Below are positions 10,792 to 21,169 of a stretch of DNA of 64,000 bases, one piece after another. The stretch's first letter is position 1; every line of letters starts with the position of its first letter. The stretch is from an uncultured Flavobacteriales bacterium (GTDB lineage: Bacteria > Bacteroidota > Bacteroidia > Flavobacteriales_E > Vicingaceae): NCBI GenBank assembly GCA_964445815.1, contig CAYULW010000002.1:27941-91940 (forward strand), in the 5' to 3' direction. The notes under the pieces were generated by a model that worked only from the letters and a program-made list of their open reading frames with translations, was not told where the DNA came from and ran no database searches. Position numbers and translations under genes: made by a program.

Positions 10792-11634
10792 TTAATAATC
10801 TCCTAAAGTTTCATTCAATTGACCTAGAGCGATTTCTTTTTGTTCGTCATTTGGAGCAACACCGTGCCAGGCATGAGTTCCCATCATAAAATCAACGCCT
10901 TGACCCATTTCGGTTTTCATGAGAATGACAATCGGTTTCCCATTTCCACAATTGGTTTTTGCTTCTTTTAGAGTGGAGATGAGTTCCTCCATTTTATTGC
11001 CGTCACACTCCAGTGTTTGCCAACCGAAAGCTTCAAATTTGGCCCTTAAATTGCCGAGACTCATCACATCTTCCACATCACCGTCTATTTGTCGGTTGTT
11101 CCAATCTACAGTAGCAATAAGATTGTCTATCTTTTGATGCGCTGCGAAAAGCAGAGCCTCCCATATTTGACCTTCCTGCAATTCACCATCTCCATGTAAA
11201 GAATACACGATGCCTGAATCTTTGTTGAGCTTTTTACTCAGTGCTGCTCCACAGGCTGCAGAGAGACCTTGTCCTAAAGAACCACTGGCAATTCTGATAC
11301 CCGGCAGTCCTTCGTGTGTAGTCGGATGACCTTGAAGCCGGGTATTGATTTTTCTGAAAGTTGCCAATTCACTGACCGGAAAATAACCACTTCTTGCCAA
11401 TACACTGTACCATACTGGTGAGATGTGTCCATTGGAAAGGAAAAAGACGTCTTCTCCAGTAGCGTCCATATTGAAATCAGTACTGTGGTTGAGTACTTCA
11501 AAATACATGGCCGTAAAAAAGTCGGCACAGCCCAATGATCCACCCGGATGTCCTGAACTGGCTCCGTGAACCATTCGTATTATGTCTCTTCTTACTTGGC
11601 TGGCAATGGATTCCAATTCCTTGATATCGGGCAT
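10792..11634 (-). CDS. transketolase, N-terminal (TPP-binding) subunit
   Basis: 280 aa. GHPGGSLGCADFFTAMYF... HGDGELQEGQIWEALLFAAHQKIDNLIATVDWN (TPP-binding GDG motif). Confidence 0.85.
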   Translation of the reverse strand: MPDIKELESIASQVRRDIIRMVHGASSGHPGGSLGCADFFTAMYFEVLNHSTDFNMDATGEDVFFLSNGHISPVWYSVLARSGYFPVSELATFRKINTRLQGHPTTHEGLPGIRIASGSLGQGLSAACGAALSKKLNKDSGIVYSLHGDGELQEGQIWEALLFAAHQKIDNLIATVDWNNRQIDGDVEDVMSLGNLRAKFEAFGWQTLECDGNKMEELISTLKEAKTNCGNGKPIVILMKTEMGQGVDFMMGTHAWHGVAPNDEQKEIALGQLNETLGDY

Positions 11635-11787
11635 CTCAAATTTGAATAAATGATGAATAAATCATTTCAAAAATAGAGCTATTCCCAAGAGAGAAAAACA
11701 TTTGTTAATAAAATGGAGATAAAGTTGAAAAGCTTTAAAAACTCCGAAATATCAATACCTTTGCCGCCTTCTTAAAATTGAATACTT

Positions 11788-12885
11788 ATGGCCTTAAAAT
11801 GCGGTATTGTCGGTTTGCCAAATGTGGGTAAATCCACCCTTTTTAATTGTTTGTCGAACGCGAAAGCACAGTCTGCCAATTTCCCTTTTTGTACGATAGA
11901 ACCTAATATTGGGGTTATCACAGTGCCGGATGAGCGACTGAATCAATTGGCAGATATGGTAAAGCCGGAGAACATAGTGCCGACCACGATTGATATTGTT
12001 GACATTGCCGGATTGGTGAAAGGAGCAAGTAAGGGTGAAGGTTTAGGCAATAAGTTTTTGGGCAATATCCGTGAAACGGATGCCATTATTCATGTTTTAC
12101 GCTGTTTTGACGATGGCAATGTTGTGCATGTTGACGGCTCTGTTGATCCGGTTAGAGATAAGGAAACGATTGACTTCGAGTTGATTTTAAAAGATCTGGA
12201 AACCATAGAAAAGCGACTGGAGAAAATCAATAGAGCAGCGAAGACAGGAGATAAAGAAGCCAAAAAAGTACAAGAGATATTGAATCGCTATAAAACACAT
12301 CTGGAAGCAGGACATTCAGCACGTTCTATGGAATTGGGCGAGGATGAGCAGAAGGCTGTCGGGGATTTATTTCTGTTGACAGAGAAACCGGTTCTGTATT
12401 TATGCAATGTAGACGAATCATCTGTCAATGCAGGAAATGAACATGTGGAGGCAGTGAAAACTGCAGTGGCTAATGAAAAGGCCGAGGTGTTGATGGTTGC
12501 CGCCGGTTTAGAGGCTGAAATCGCCGAATTGGAAGATGCTGAAGAAAGGCAATTGTTTTTAGAAGATGCAGGGCTTAGTGAACCTGGAGTGAATAAACTG
12601 ATCAGAGGAGCATATTCATTGCTGAATTTACAAACCTATTTTACTGCTGGGAAAAAAGAGGTGCGCGCCTGGACCATTAAAAAGGGAATGACAGCACCTC
12701 AAGCCGCAGGAGTCATTCACACGGATTTTGAGCGTGGATTCATTAAAGCTGAGGTCATTAAGCTGAAAGATTATCTGGAATTGGGTTCGGAACAAGCCGT
12801 AAAAGAAGCCGGTAAAATGAGCATGGAAGGGAAGGACTATGTGGTTGAAGATGGTGATGTGATGTTGTTTAAGTTTAATGTCTAA
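11788..12885 (+). CDS. ychF: redox-regulated ATPase YchF (Obg-family GTPase)
   Basis: 365 aa. MALKCGIVGLPNVGKSTLFN... G1-G4 motifs and C-terminal TGS domain. Confidence 0.95.
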   Translation: MALKCGIVGLPNVGKSTLFNCLSNAKAQSANFPFCTIEPNIGVITVPDERLNQLADMVKPENIVPTTIDIVDIAGLVKGASKGEGLGNKFLGNIRETDAIIHVLRCFDDGNVVHVDGSVDPVRDKETIDFELILKDLETIEKRLEKINRAAKTGDKEAKKVQEILNRYKTHLEAGHSARSMELGEDEQKAVGDLFLLTEKPVLYLCNVDESSVNAGNEHVEAVKTAVANEKAEVLMVAAGLEAEIAELEDAEERQLFLEDAGLSEPGVNKLIRGAYSLLNLQTYFTAGKKEVRAWTIKKGMTAPQAAGVIHTDFERGFIKAEVIKLKDYLELGSEQAVKEAGKMSMEGKDYVVEDGDVMLFKFNV

Positions 12886-12896
12886 GTCCATCTATT

Positions 12897-15455
12897 ATGG
12901 TTAAGGCATTATCTATACTGTTTCTATCTGTTTGTATTGCTTTACAGGCGATTGCCCAAGAAATTCCTTTTACCGAAGTGCCTGAATGGGTTGAGCAAAA
13001 AGACTTTGAAACGCTTGAGGTAGAAGAGGGGATTGGTGATATCAGGTATAATCTGATTCAGGTCGAAACCAATATTATTGAAAAGCTGAAGTTCAAGCGA
13101 TTGGCTTATCAATTGCTTAATCTTGATGCCCTTGAATCCAGTTCGACAATACAATTAAATTTTGATCCTGCATTTGAGCAACTGGAAATTCATTCAGTTG
13201 ATTTGATCAGAGATGGAGTTAGAACGGATAAAACCAATAATGTATCGGTTGAGGTCTTAAAAAGAGAAGAAAACCTTGAGAGCAATTTATATGATGGAAG
13301 TTTAACTGTCATTATCAGACTTGAAGACGTTAAGGTTGGAGATGTGATTGACTATTCTTATTCAAGAAAAGGGTTTAATCCCATTTTTGGAGCTAACTTC
13401 TCGGCTGTCTACGATCTTGAATTCAGTAATCAAGTTGATCATTACTTCCTAAAAATTATAAAAGATAAAGGCACCAAACTAAATATTCAAAGGTTAAATG
13501 GTGCTATAGAACCTGAGGTTAAAAGTGGTGATTTTGAGGAGTTAATATGGTCCAAGAAAAACATTGAACCTGTACTTTATGAGGTCAACACACCAAATTG
13601 GTATTACCAGCATAAATTCATCCGACTTTCTACTATTAATAACTGGTCCGAGTATATAGACTGGGCTTCCAAACTCTATCGGTACACCACGAATGTTTCA
13701 ACTATGGCGCTTGAGATTAGTGATAAAGAGGGTAAGGAAGAGCGATTGAATGATTACATAAGGTTTGTTCAGGATAAAGTGAGATATCTTGGTTTGGAGT
13801 CAGGCATTGGCGCTTATAAACCAAATCCGCCGGAAAAAGTATATAAACAACTTTATGGAGATTGTAAAGACAAGTCCCTATTGTTGATTTCCTTATTGAG
13901 ACATGAAGGTCTTGAGGCTTATCCCATATTGGTCAATACAAATTCAGGAGAGATTTTATCTTCAAGTCTTCCGCTTAATCAATCCTTCAATCATTGTGTA
14001 GTGGGATTTAATTATGACAACACAGACTTTGTCGTAGATCCAACGATTTCTTTTCAGGGTGGACAACTTAGTAATAGGCATCAACCCAATTTTCATTATG
14101 GTTTGGCTATTTCTGATCGCTTTGATGAGCTAATAGAAATAGATGAAAAGAATTTTGGAAAACTATCCATTAAAGAAGACATAAAAATGGATTCTGTGGG
14201 AGGAAATGCTTTCTTTTCAGTTGAATCTGAATATACAGGTTCTGTAGCGGATAACATCAGGGAGTATTTTTTGACAAGCTCAAAATCTGATATAGAAGAT
14301 TCTTATCTCAACTATTACAGCAGCATTTATCCGAGTATAGAACTGGTGAAGGATATTGAGTTTAATGATGATTATGAAAGCAATAGAGTCATCATTAAGG
14401 AAGATTATTACCTTCCTGAGTTTTGGGAGTACAATGAAGAAGAGGGTTATTACAGCTGTTACAGCTATCCTTTGGTCTTAGATTCCTATCTGGATTTTCC
14501 AAAATCGGCCAAGCGAGAAATGCCTTATGCTTTAGGTAATAAAATTAATTTTGAACAGGAAACTACGGTTCACTTGCCTCAGGAATGGGAGTTTATGGAG
14601 TTTAATGATACGTATTCAGACTCCGTATTTACGTATACCAGTATTGCCAAAAGAATTAGTGATGATAAGTTGTCTTTGGTGCATCAATTTCAATTGCATA
14701 AACCTCATGTTAGCGCGAGTGATTATGATCAATTTCAAAGCAAAATAGCAGACATTAAGGGTGATCTCACTTATTCTTTTACACATACCGGAGAAGATGT
14801 TGACGACTTTAGTCGAACTGATTTTGCCCCATCACTCTTCATTTTGGTTTTGATTGGTTTGTGGGTCTGGTTGGCAAGAAAGCTATACATCAGTTACAAT
14901 CCTCTTTCGAGAGCCAACTCCAGTTTTTCTTATGACTCTATTGGTGGATGGATGATTCTTCCCCTTATCGGTTTGTTCATTAGCCCCTTAAGAATGTTGT
15001 ATGATATATATGATATTGGCTATCTCAATGCAGCCACTTGGAATTATGTATACTCTTCAGGGGGAAGCATTGGCTTTTTCCTTTTCTTTATTGTAGAATG
15101 TTTGTTAAACATCGGCTTTCTTGTGTTCTCCATATTACTGTTGACTCTATTTTTTAAACGGAGGACCTCATTACCGAATTTATTCTCTATTTATTTGATT
15201 ACCAATTTTGTATTTCTGCTTTTAGATGCTTTTATCTCTTCTGAGATCTATGAAATTCCAATGGAGAAGACAGAAACAAAAGCTTTGGTTCGGATGTTCA
15301 TTGGCGCATGCATATGGGTGCCTTATTTTCAATTCTCTGAAAGAGTTAAAGACACCTTTGTCAATCTGCATGGATCGATTCCGGAAGAAGGCAAGCAGTT
15401 GATTGAAGAAGCAGGCGATGAAGATAAGTCAGAGGTTAAGGATGTTTTACCTTAA
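12897..15455 (+). CDS. DUF3857 + transglutaminase-like cysteine-protease domain protein with C-terminal polytopic membrane domain
   Basis: 852 aa. Signal peptide. Transglutaminase core Cys/His/Asp (YGDCKDKSLLLISLL, FNHCVVG, FVVDPT). About 6 TM helices in the last 200 aa. Confidence 0.7.
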   Translation: MVKALSILFLSVCIALQAIAQEIPFTEVPEWVEQKDFETLEVEEGIGDIRYNLIQVETNIIEKLKFKRLAYQLLNLDALESSSTIQLNFDPAFEQLEIHSVDLIRDGVRTDKTNNVSVEVLKREENLESNLYDGSLTVIIRLEDVKVGDVIDYSYSRKGFNPIFGANFSAVYDLEFSNQVDHYFLKIIKDKGTKLNIQRLNGAIEPEVKSGDFEELIWSKKNIEPVLYEVNTPNWYYQHKFIRLSTINNWSEYIDWASKLYRYTTNVSTMALEISDKEGKEERLNDYIRFVQDKVRYLGLESGIGAYKPNPPEKVYKQLYGDCKDKSLLLISLLRHEGLEAYPILVNTNSGEILSSSLPLNQSFNHCVVGFNYDNTDFVVDPTISFQGGQLSNRHQPNFHYGLAISDRFDELIEIDEKNFGKLSIKEDIKMDSVGGNAFFSVESEYTGSVADNIREYFLTSSKSDIEDSYLNYYSSIYPSIELVKDIEFNDDYESNRVIIKEDYYLPEFWEYNEEEGYYSCYSYPLVLDSYLDFPKSAKREMPYALGNKINFEQETTVHLPQEWEFMEFNDTYSDSVFTYTSIAKRISDDKLSLVHQFQLHKPHVSASDYDQFQSKIADIKGDLTYSFTHTGEDVDDFSRTDFAPSLFILVLIGLWVWLARKLYISYNPLSRANSSFSYDSIGGWMILPLIGLFISPLRMLYDIYDIGYLNAATWNYVYSSGGSIGFFLFFIVECLLNIGFLVFSILLLTLFFKRRTSLPNLFSIYLITNFVFLLLDAFISSEIYEIPMEKTETKALVRMFIGACIWVPYFQFSERVKDTFVNLHGSIPEEGKQLIEEAGDEDKSEVKDVLP

Positions 15456-16839
15456 ACACAAAATATTTTAATGCCAAATTGTTTTCCTGATCTTCAATGG
15501 TTTTGATCAGTTCCAGATTCGGATGCTTCATGACCTGATCGAAATTTAGACCGGACTCTCCGATGGAATACCAACTGTCCCAAATGATTAGATCTCCGGG
15601 AGAAGTTAGGTGTAATTTACTATCGTATAAAGGTTCACGAATTGTCGGGTCAAAAGGGTCTATGTCTAATAGTTCGGACAAATAGTTGTCATTGTAAAAC
15701 AATTTAGAATCTTCGGTGAGTTGACTCTGAACAAACTGACTTGCCTTTTGAGTGAGCAATTGTCGTTTAGAGAGATTGAGTTCTTCTTCCCAGTTGACGG
15801 ATGCCGGATTTGTTGTAAATAAAAATCCGATCAAATACAACAATAAGCCATAGTGGATAAATTTGAGGTATTTTCGATCTGTACTCCACTTTAGCAGATT
15901 GTCCCATCCATTAGCGGCTATCAGTGCCATAAGGGGCAAAATGGTTCCCATTACTCTGTGTAAACCCAAAGAGTTGAACAATCCGAACTTCCAGAAGATA
16001 ACATGAGCCATAAAGAATGCAGAAAAGCAGAGTAGAATGATGGTATGCGTACTAACAAGTTTTTTTACTCTGAAAGAGATAACACTAAACACTATGCCCA
16101 GAAGGAATAAAATTAATCCAGGGACACCAAGTATATAGATCAGCTTTTCGAAAAAATGAAACCAGGTGCCACTGCCATAGAGGGGGTTAATCTTAGCATA
16201 GGGAATCCTGGTGAAAACCCATAAGATACTGTCATAGTGAAACAAACCGATCAAACCCATTAATAGATGTCCGGTAGATAAAAGCAATAGTGCCTTCCAA
16301 TTTTTTCGGTAAAGAAAGATGCCGATGAACACAATCAGAAAAACCAGACCTTCTGAGCGGATAAAAGGGAAAAATGAGATAATGATAGCGGTGATGAAGT
16401 AGTTCTTGTTCTGGTAAAAGTAAATTGTTGCAGTAATGGCCAGGGCCGCGAGAGGTTCTGTAAGACCGCTAAAGGTTACGGTATAAAAAAGCGGGAAACA
16501 GAAATAGAGTAGAGAAGCTAGTAGGGGTTGCTTGGCATCTGTTTTTTTTGAGATGTTGTAAAGCAAAACAGAAGTGAGAATGGCATTGAGGCCATTGAAG
16601 ATTTTGACACCAATGATACCGAACTGAGCAAAGGGTGAAGCCAGAATGGTGTAGACCGGTTTGGCCCAATGGTCGAGAAAAAGATGAGGGTGAATCGGAG
16701 CATATTTAGCAAAAAGATAGTGGGTAATGCTATCGGCTTCCAAACCTACGCCATTGAATGAGAAGCAGATGAATAGCAAAATGCACATCTGTGCCATGAA
16801 CAGAGTTGATGCGAGGTATTTCTTATACAATAATGACAA
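15436..16839 (-). CDS. polytopic membrane protein, putative GT39/GT83-like (ArnT/PMT fold) glycosyltransferase
   Basis: 467 aa. About 11 TM helices then a soluble C-terminal domain. Converges with the upstream gene with a 20-bp 3' overlap. Confidence 0.4.
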   Translation of the reverse strand: MSLLYKKYLASTLFMAQMCILLFICFSFNGVGLEADSITHYLFAKYAPIHPHLFLDHWAKPVYTILASPFAQFGIIGVKIFNGLNAILTSVLLYNISKKTDAKQPLLASLLYFCFPLFYTVTFSGLTEPLAALAITATIYFYQNKNYFITAIIISFFPFIRSEGLVFLIVFIGIFLYRKNWKALLLLSTGHLLMGLIGLFHYDSILWVFTRIPYAKINPLYGSGTWFHFFEKLIYILGVPGLILFLLGIVFSVISFRVKKLVSTHTIILLCFSAFFMAHVIFWKFGLFNSLGLHRVMGTILPLMALIAANGWDNLLKWSTDRKYLKFIHYGLLLYLIGFLFTTNPASVNWEEELNLSKRQLLTQKASQFVQSQLTEDSKLFYNDNYLSELLDIDPFDPTIREPLYDSKLHLTSPGDLIIWDSWYSIGESGLNFDQVMKHPNLELIKTIEDQENNLALKYFVFKVKHP

Positions 16840-16845
16840 GTCCTG

Positions 16846-17652
16846 TTATTTTCTCCAGATTACTTTGCTATTGTGCAAATCTATGCTCTTCATGCTTTCT
16901 AATTCTGAAAGTTGTTTGAGAAGGTCTAAATTAATCAGGCCATCAGAGATAAACAATGTGTTTAAACTCTTGGGAAAATCATCTGGTAATGTGTCAATGA
17001 TAACATGGTTCAAAGACACTTTTTCTAATTGTTTAAACCTTGATAAATCTTCCCATTGAAGAGCGCTTGGTTTATTTCCTATAAAATGAACCTCTTTTAA
17101 GTGCTTAAAGGAGGAATCACCAAGATGAATATGCTGACAAAATTGGATATTCACATGCTCGATGGCTGTTTGCGCATACAACTGCTCTATGTTTGTGAGT
17201 TGATCTGAATAACTGATGCGCAGTATTTTGAGTTGAGGCAATGGCCCTTGTATGTATAAGGTATCATTTTGGAAACCCGAAATAGATAGTCTTTCCAGAT
17301 TTTGCATTTGAGGCAAATGAGATAGATCTTTAATCGACGTACTGCTAATGTGCAAAGATTTGACCTTATTCCAATTGTTCTGAGAAAAGGTTTTAGGCAA
17401 GGCACTTAGATTCAGGTTTAGGTGTAATTCCGGTGTGGAGTTCAAGTGAACGAGTCGAGATAAATCAGTAGTAGAGTCAATATCTATGGCTCCAAAGTAA
17501 CAGTATTGATCTGCCTTTATGCAGTTTTTGATTTGTGTAGAATCAATGTTATTGAGATTGCCGACTACTTTATCAACCCATCCCGGTTGTGCTTTTATGG
17601 AGCAATAAGTCAGAACAATCAAACTTAGACTAATAAATGATTTGATCTTCAT
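16846..17652 (-). CDS. secreted leucine-rich-repeat (LRR) protein
   Basis: Track ORF 16846..17670; probable start at MKIKSFISLSLIVL. LRR-like periodicity: LHLNLNLSALP, LHISSTSIKDLSHL, LERLSISG, LKILRISYSDQLTNIEQL. Confidence 0.55.
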   Translation of the reverse strand: MKIKSFISLSLIVLTYCSIKAQPGWVDKVVGNLNNIDSTQIKNCIKADQYCYFGAIDIDSTTDLSRLVHLNSTPELHLNLNLSALPKTFSQNNWNKVKSLHISSTSIKDLSHLPQMQNLERLSISGFQNDTLYIQGPLPQLKILRISYSDQLTNIEQLYAQTAIEHVNIQFCQHIHLGDSSFKHLKEVHFIGNKPSALQWEDLSRFKQLEKVSLNHVIIDTLPDDFPKSLNTLFISDGLINLDLLKQLSELESMKSIDLHNSKVIWRK

Positions 17653-17745
17653 GAGGTAGTTTTGAGGCATTCACTTGTCCCATTACCATTATTGTGCCGT
17701 AAATTCTAGATTGATGATACTATTGATTTATCAGTACTTCGGTTT

Positions 17746-18249
17746 TTACTCATATTGATAAGGCTCCTTAGTATGAACCATTTTCCTGATATTTTCCAGA
17801 ACTCTCTTCATGTAGATTCTCCAGAACACCTTTCCAAAAATCCAGCAAAATGGAAAAAGTAAGAGCTTATTGGAATGTAGATCATACGTATAGTTAATCT
17901 GTATTTTATTGTGTTCCAATTCTTTCGTTTCCCATTTTCCAACAAACTTGTAAAAACCCAACATCCAGGACTGAAAATGATCCACTTGAATGATCCAGTA
18001 GTGATTTTCTACTCTTTCAATAACATGGTCAACAGAAGCGAACCCTCCTTTTTGGATTAACGATTTTACGACATGTACTTTTTTGCTTGAGCCCGGTTTG
18101 CCCCAATCTTCATCTTCTGTGGTGTGGCTTACTTTAGGGATGAATCCAAATCCGGTATGAATTTTAGAAAGATCACAAAGTATTGCCGTTTTAAATGCCC
18201 GTTCAAGAGAGCAGTCATAAATGGTGGAAACGGTGATACGGGTAATCAT
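17746..18249 (-). CDS. hypothetical protein (possible SRPBCC/START-like fold)
   Basis: 167-aa ORF. No strong motif. Good codon usage continuity. Confidence 0.4.
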   Translation of the reverse strand: MITRITVSTIYDCSLERAFKTAILCDLSKIHTGFGFIPKVSHTTEDEDWGKPGSSKKVHVVKSLIQKGGFASVDHVIERVENHYWIIQVDHFQSWMLGFYKFVGKWETKELEHNKIQINYTYDLHSNKLLLFPFCWIFGKVFWRIYMKRVLENIRKMVHTKEPYQYE

Positions 18250-18276
18250 TTATAGCCTTGTTGAGTATTCTTGTTT

Positions 18277-18933
18277 TTAATTTCCTCCCAATTGCTTAAT
18301 CAGCTTAGCTGTTTCAATAAAATTTGCTGCTTCCGCCATCGATAAAACGGTTTGTCCATTATCCATTATTGAGTTAATGTTCGCCCCATTGTCAACAAGT
18401 AGCTGCACTAACTTTGTTTGCCCATTGTGAGCAGCTGAATGAAGTGGAGTAACACCATGCATTTGCTTGGCATTCACATCAGCTTCATATTGTATCAGGA
18501 GTTTTGCCATTCTCAGGTTTGAGGTAGCACAAGCTGAATGGAGTGGAGTAACTTTGAATTGGTTATTTGCCGCAGCATTCGGATCGGAGCCTTTTTCAAG
18601 CAGTTCTTGGGCTAAGTTTAGATGACCGAAAAATGCAGCAAGCCCTAATATGTTAAAACCGTCAGACGAATAAGCATTTAATAGGTCCGGGTTTTCATTT
18701 AAATGTTGTTTCACTTTTTCAACTTCTCCTAAAGTAGTTGCTTCAAAAATATCAAGTACAGCTTTGTGTTCTCTTAGAATCTGAATTGCTTCAGCATTTC
18801 TACAATAAGCGGCAAATTGCAATATTGAAATTCCTTGTTCTGTCTTACTGTTAGCAAGTGAAGAGTCTTGGTTCAGTTTATTTGCTAAGCGATTATTCTC
18901 TCCTGTTTTAATAAGTTCAATCAGCTCTTTCAT
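18277..18933 (-). CDS. ankyrin-repeat protein
   Basis: 218 aa. Repeated TPLHSA...G...LV.LL...GA(D/N)VN motifs (at least 4 ANK repeats). Confidence 0.8.
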   Translation of the reverse strand: MKELIELIKTGENNRLANKLNQDSSLANSKTEQGISILQFAAYCRNAEAIQILREHKAVLDIFEATTLGEVEKVKQHLNENPDLLNAYSSDGFNILGLAAFFGHLNLAQELLEKGSDPNAAANNQFKVTPLHSACATSNLRMAKLLIQYEADVNAKQMHGVTPLHSAAHNGQTKLVQLLVDNGANINSIMDNGQTVLSMAEAANFIETAKLIKQLGGN

Positions 18934-19141
18934 TCACTTGTATTTTGTTTTGTGGGGCCTAAGATAGGCTCAACTAGCTTTTAAGCAGCTTAGATCTCGT
19001 TGCACACTTTTTAAGTTACTCAAGATTCTCCCAAGTGGATATTCTGTTCTTTTCAATTTGTAAAACACCATAGAATATTGCTGCACCGGCAAGTCCAAAC
19101 AATGAAACGCCTGTCCACTTTGTATTACATACTTGTTTTCA

Positions 19142-20272
19142 TTATTTGCAAAACCTTTTTTTGATGTCTTTTATCAAATACTTTCGATACTTGTCTTTAG
19201 CTAATGGTGGTTCACTGACCTCACGACTTCCATTGAACCTCGTCTCACCAAATTTAAGATCATTAACATAGATAACCGTATCAAAAGGACACAAATGCCA
19301 ATCTAATGAATCTCCTAAAATAAAGGTTTTATTTCTTACAGGGCCACTCCACGTGCTGCTTGCGGGTATATCCTTAAAGTCAATCGGATTCTCGTTATAC
19401 CAATATAAATGGTTGGTATTGTATGTATCGATAAATCCTTTATCGGTTTTAAGTATGAAGTGTTTTCTCGAAATAAAAAGGGAATCTAAAAAAGCAGCTA
19501 ATGCTTGCCAGCACTTTGGAAAGTAATTTTGACTCCCAACGTATTGATAAGAATCCTCTTTGGTATGAATTTTTAGTACAACAGAACGCCCATCATGAGG
19601 AACCAATGTGCTGAAATGATTAAATAGAAATTGGCTTTGCTTAAAGATGGATTTCAAATGATCAAAGTCCGGTTTAGAAAGTCTGCCTTTAATCTTCAGA
19701 TCAGTATTTAAGCTGTACGAACCATTAGTGTAGATGGTCAATTCCTCAAAAGAGATGGAGTCCAATGAAAGCCAATTCAGGTTGTTGCTTTTTTCTATTG
19801 GGAAATACCACACTGTATCACCTTCCAGTTGATAAGGAGAGCTTGGGTGCAGTCCATGGGCCAGGGAAAAGTCTATGCCTATACTGTCTTGATTGAAGTT
19901 AATGCGAACAGTATCAGCATTGAATAAACAACTTGTCCATTTGCCGGAATTACTCTGATCATCAATTGCCCGATAAGAAATCTGCCTTTGCTTAAAACCA
20001 TTGTTTGTTGTTGTATAAAATGGTCGGGTCAAATCCTTGCAAATGGATTTCGAAAAATTGGCTTCCGATTTGCAAAAAATGGTATCTGATGGCTGATAGA
20101 TAAACCCTTTTTCAAGAATCAATGCGTTTGATGATTCTATGCTAATGCTTTGAAATCGGTTCGATACCCATGTTCCCTTATAGTCTGAAAGTTCTTGAGC
20201 CCTTAAGCCCCATATTGAACACAAACCAATTGATAACGATACAAATTTTGATATTTTACCCATCATAAACAC
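19142..20272 (-). CDS. hypothetical secreted protein
   Basis: 376 aa. Signal peptide (SLSIGLCSIWGLRAQ). No recognised domain. Confidence 0.5.
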   Translation of the reverse strand: MFMMGKISKFVSLSIGLCSIWGLRAQELSDYKGTWVSNRFQSISIESSNALILEKGFIYQPSDTIFCKSEANFSKSICKDLTRPFYTTTNNGFKQRQISYRAIDDQSNSGKWTSCLFNADTVRINFNQDSIGIDFSLAHGLHPSSPYQLEGDTVWYFPIEKSNNLNWLSLDSISFEELTIYTNGSYSLNTDLKIKGRLSKPDFDHLKSIFKQSQFLFNHFSTLVPHDGRSVVLKIHTKEDSYQYVGSQNYFPKCWQALAAFLDSLFISRKHFILKTDKGFIDTYNTNHLYWYNENPIDFKDIPASSTWSGPVRNKTFILGDSLDWHLCPFDTVIYVNDLKFGETRFNGSREVSEPPLAKDKYRKYLIKDIKKRFCK

Positions 20273-20368
20273 TTAAAAATAAGGATGTATAATTATGATG
20301 TAAAGTGATTGCCGGAGCTTGAATGCTTGCGGCTTTACTAAAGTTACCTTCAATTTTAAATTTGCCAA

Positions 20369-21169
20369 TCAATTTTTCAAACTGCTAAATTCTTTTTTCA
20401 ATAAGAAAACACCAATAATTGAAATGAGTATTGCTCCAATAGTAATTAAAATCATGCTTATCAGTCCACCATACATTTCTGAAAGTGATTTATTCATCAT
20501 TGTTTCTGCATCCATAAAAAACATTCCTAAGAAAGCAAACAAATTATTCGCAAGATGAATTAAGATGGACAGTGATAATTTTCTTGTTCTGTAATATACC
20601 CATCCTGAAAAGCTTCCAACAATTATGGCGCTAATAAACTGCCATGGATTCAAATGAACAATCCCAAAAAGAATACTTGATAGAAGAATTGATTTAAGCG
20701 GTGAATATCTTTGCAAAAGGCCTTCTAAAATAATCCCCCTAAAAATCAATTCTTCCATTACTGGTGCTACGATAACTATTGTCATAAAAGAAAAAACGCC
20801 ATTTTGATTTGCAAATTCAAGAAATATTTTTTGCATGAATTCGGGCATTGGAAGCGAATTAACTATTGGTGAAGTGATTCCTGTCTGAATTCCAATTATG
20901 GTGATCGAAACTAATCCCATTATCTTCATTGAACTCAGGCTAAAATTGTATTTATGTATTCCTGTTCGTTTATTTCTTATCAAATGACCGATACCAAAAG
21001 GAACTCCCATTGCTAATGAATAATAGATCAAAAAGGCAATCTCTTTTCCTAGTGTGTTGCTTAAGACAAGATTGACAGGACTAAATATCAGCATCGATAG
21101 TATTACAATTCCAACGATTCCCCAACTTTGTGCACTACTTGGGTAATAAATACTCATGTTTTTAGTCAT
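20369..21169 (-). CDS. CPBP family intramembrane metalloprotease (CAAX protease / Abi)
   Basis: 266 aa, multi-TM. Motifs APVMEELIFRG (EExxxR) and FGIVHLN (FxxxH). Confidence 0.8.
   Translation of the reverse strand: MTKNMSIYYPSSAQSWGIVGIVILSMLIFSPVNLVLSNTLGKEIAFLIYYSLAMGVPFGIGHLIRNKRTGIHKYNFSLSSMKIMGLVSITIIGIQTGITSPIVNSLPMPEFMQKIFLEFANQNGVFSFMTIVIVAPVMEELIFRGIILEGLLQRYSPLKSILLSSILFGIVHLNPWQFISAIIVGSFSGWVYYRTRKLSLSILIHLANNLFAFLGMFFMDAETMMNKSLSEMYGGLISMILITIGAILISIIGVFLLKKEFSSLKN

Noticed and set aside
11634-11788. Bacteroidota-type promoter (TTG ... TAnnTTTG) between the divergent transketolase and ychF genes
   Set aside because: A TAAAATTG box is present about 12 nt before the ychF ATG, but it deviates from the consensus and I cannot place -33 elements reliably by eye. 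Not reported as a feature.
17187-17405. Numerous 60-90-aa ORFs nested in or antisense to long genes (e.g. 3744-3950, 4273-4497, 4770-5177, 8755-8961, 9742-10011, 10919-11137, 11274-11543, 12628-12891, 12942-13154, 14551-14748, 16469-16712, 17187-17405, 25017-25202, 25349-25534, 27100-27312, 27608-27841, 32465-32650, 32742-33265, 33757-34085, 35096-35329, 36413-36927, 37152-37505, 37952-38170, 38601-38963, 40137-40703, 42708-42941, 43620-44145, 44945-45130, 45802-46074, 49306-49753, 50607-51269, 51762-51968, 52444-52983, 53363-53774, 54994-55536, 56636-56857, 57232-57501, 60734-61231, 61910-62131)
   Set aside because: Each is wholly contained within a longer ORF that has clear domain signatures. 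AT-rich genomes yield many such shadow ORFs, and none shows a motif of its own.
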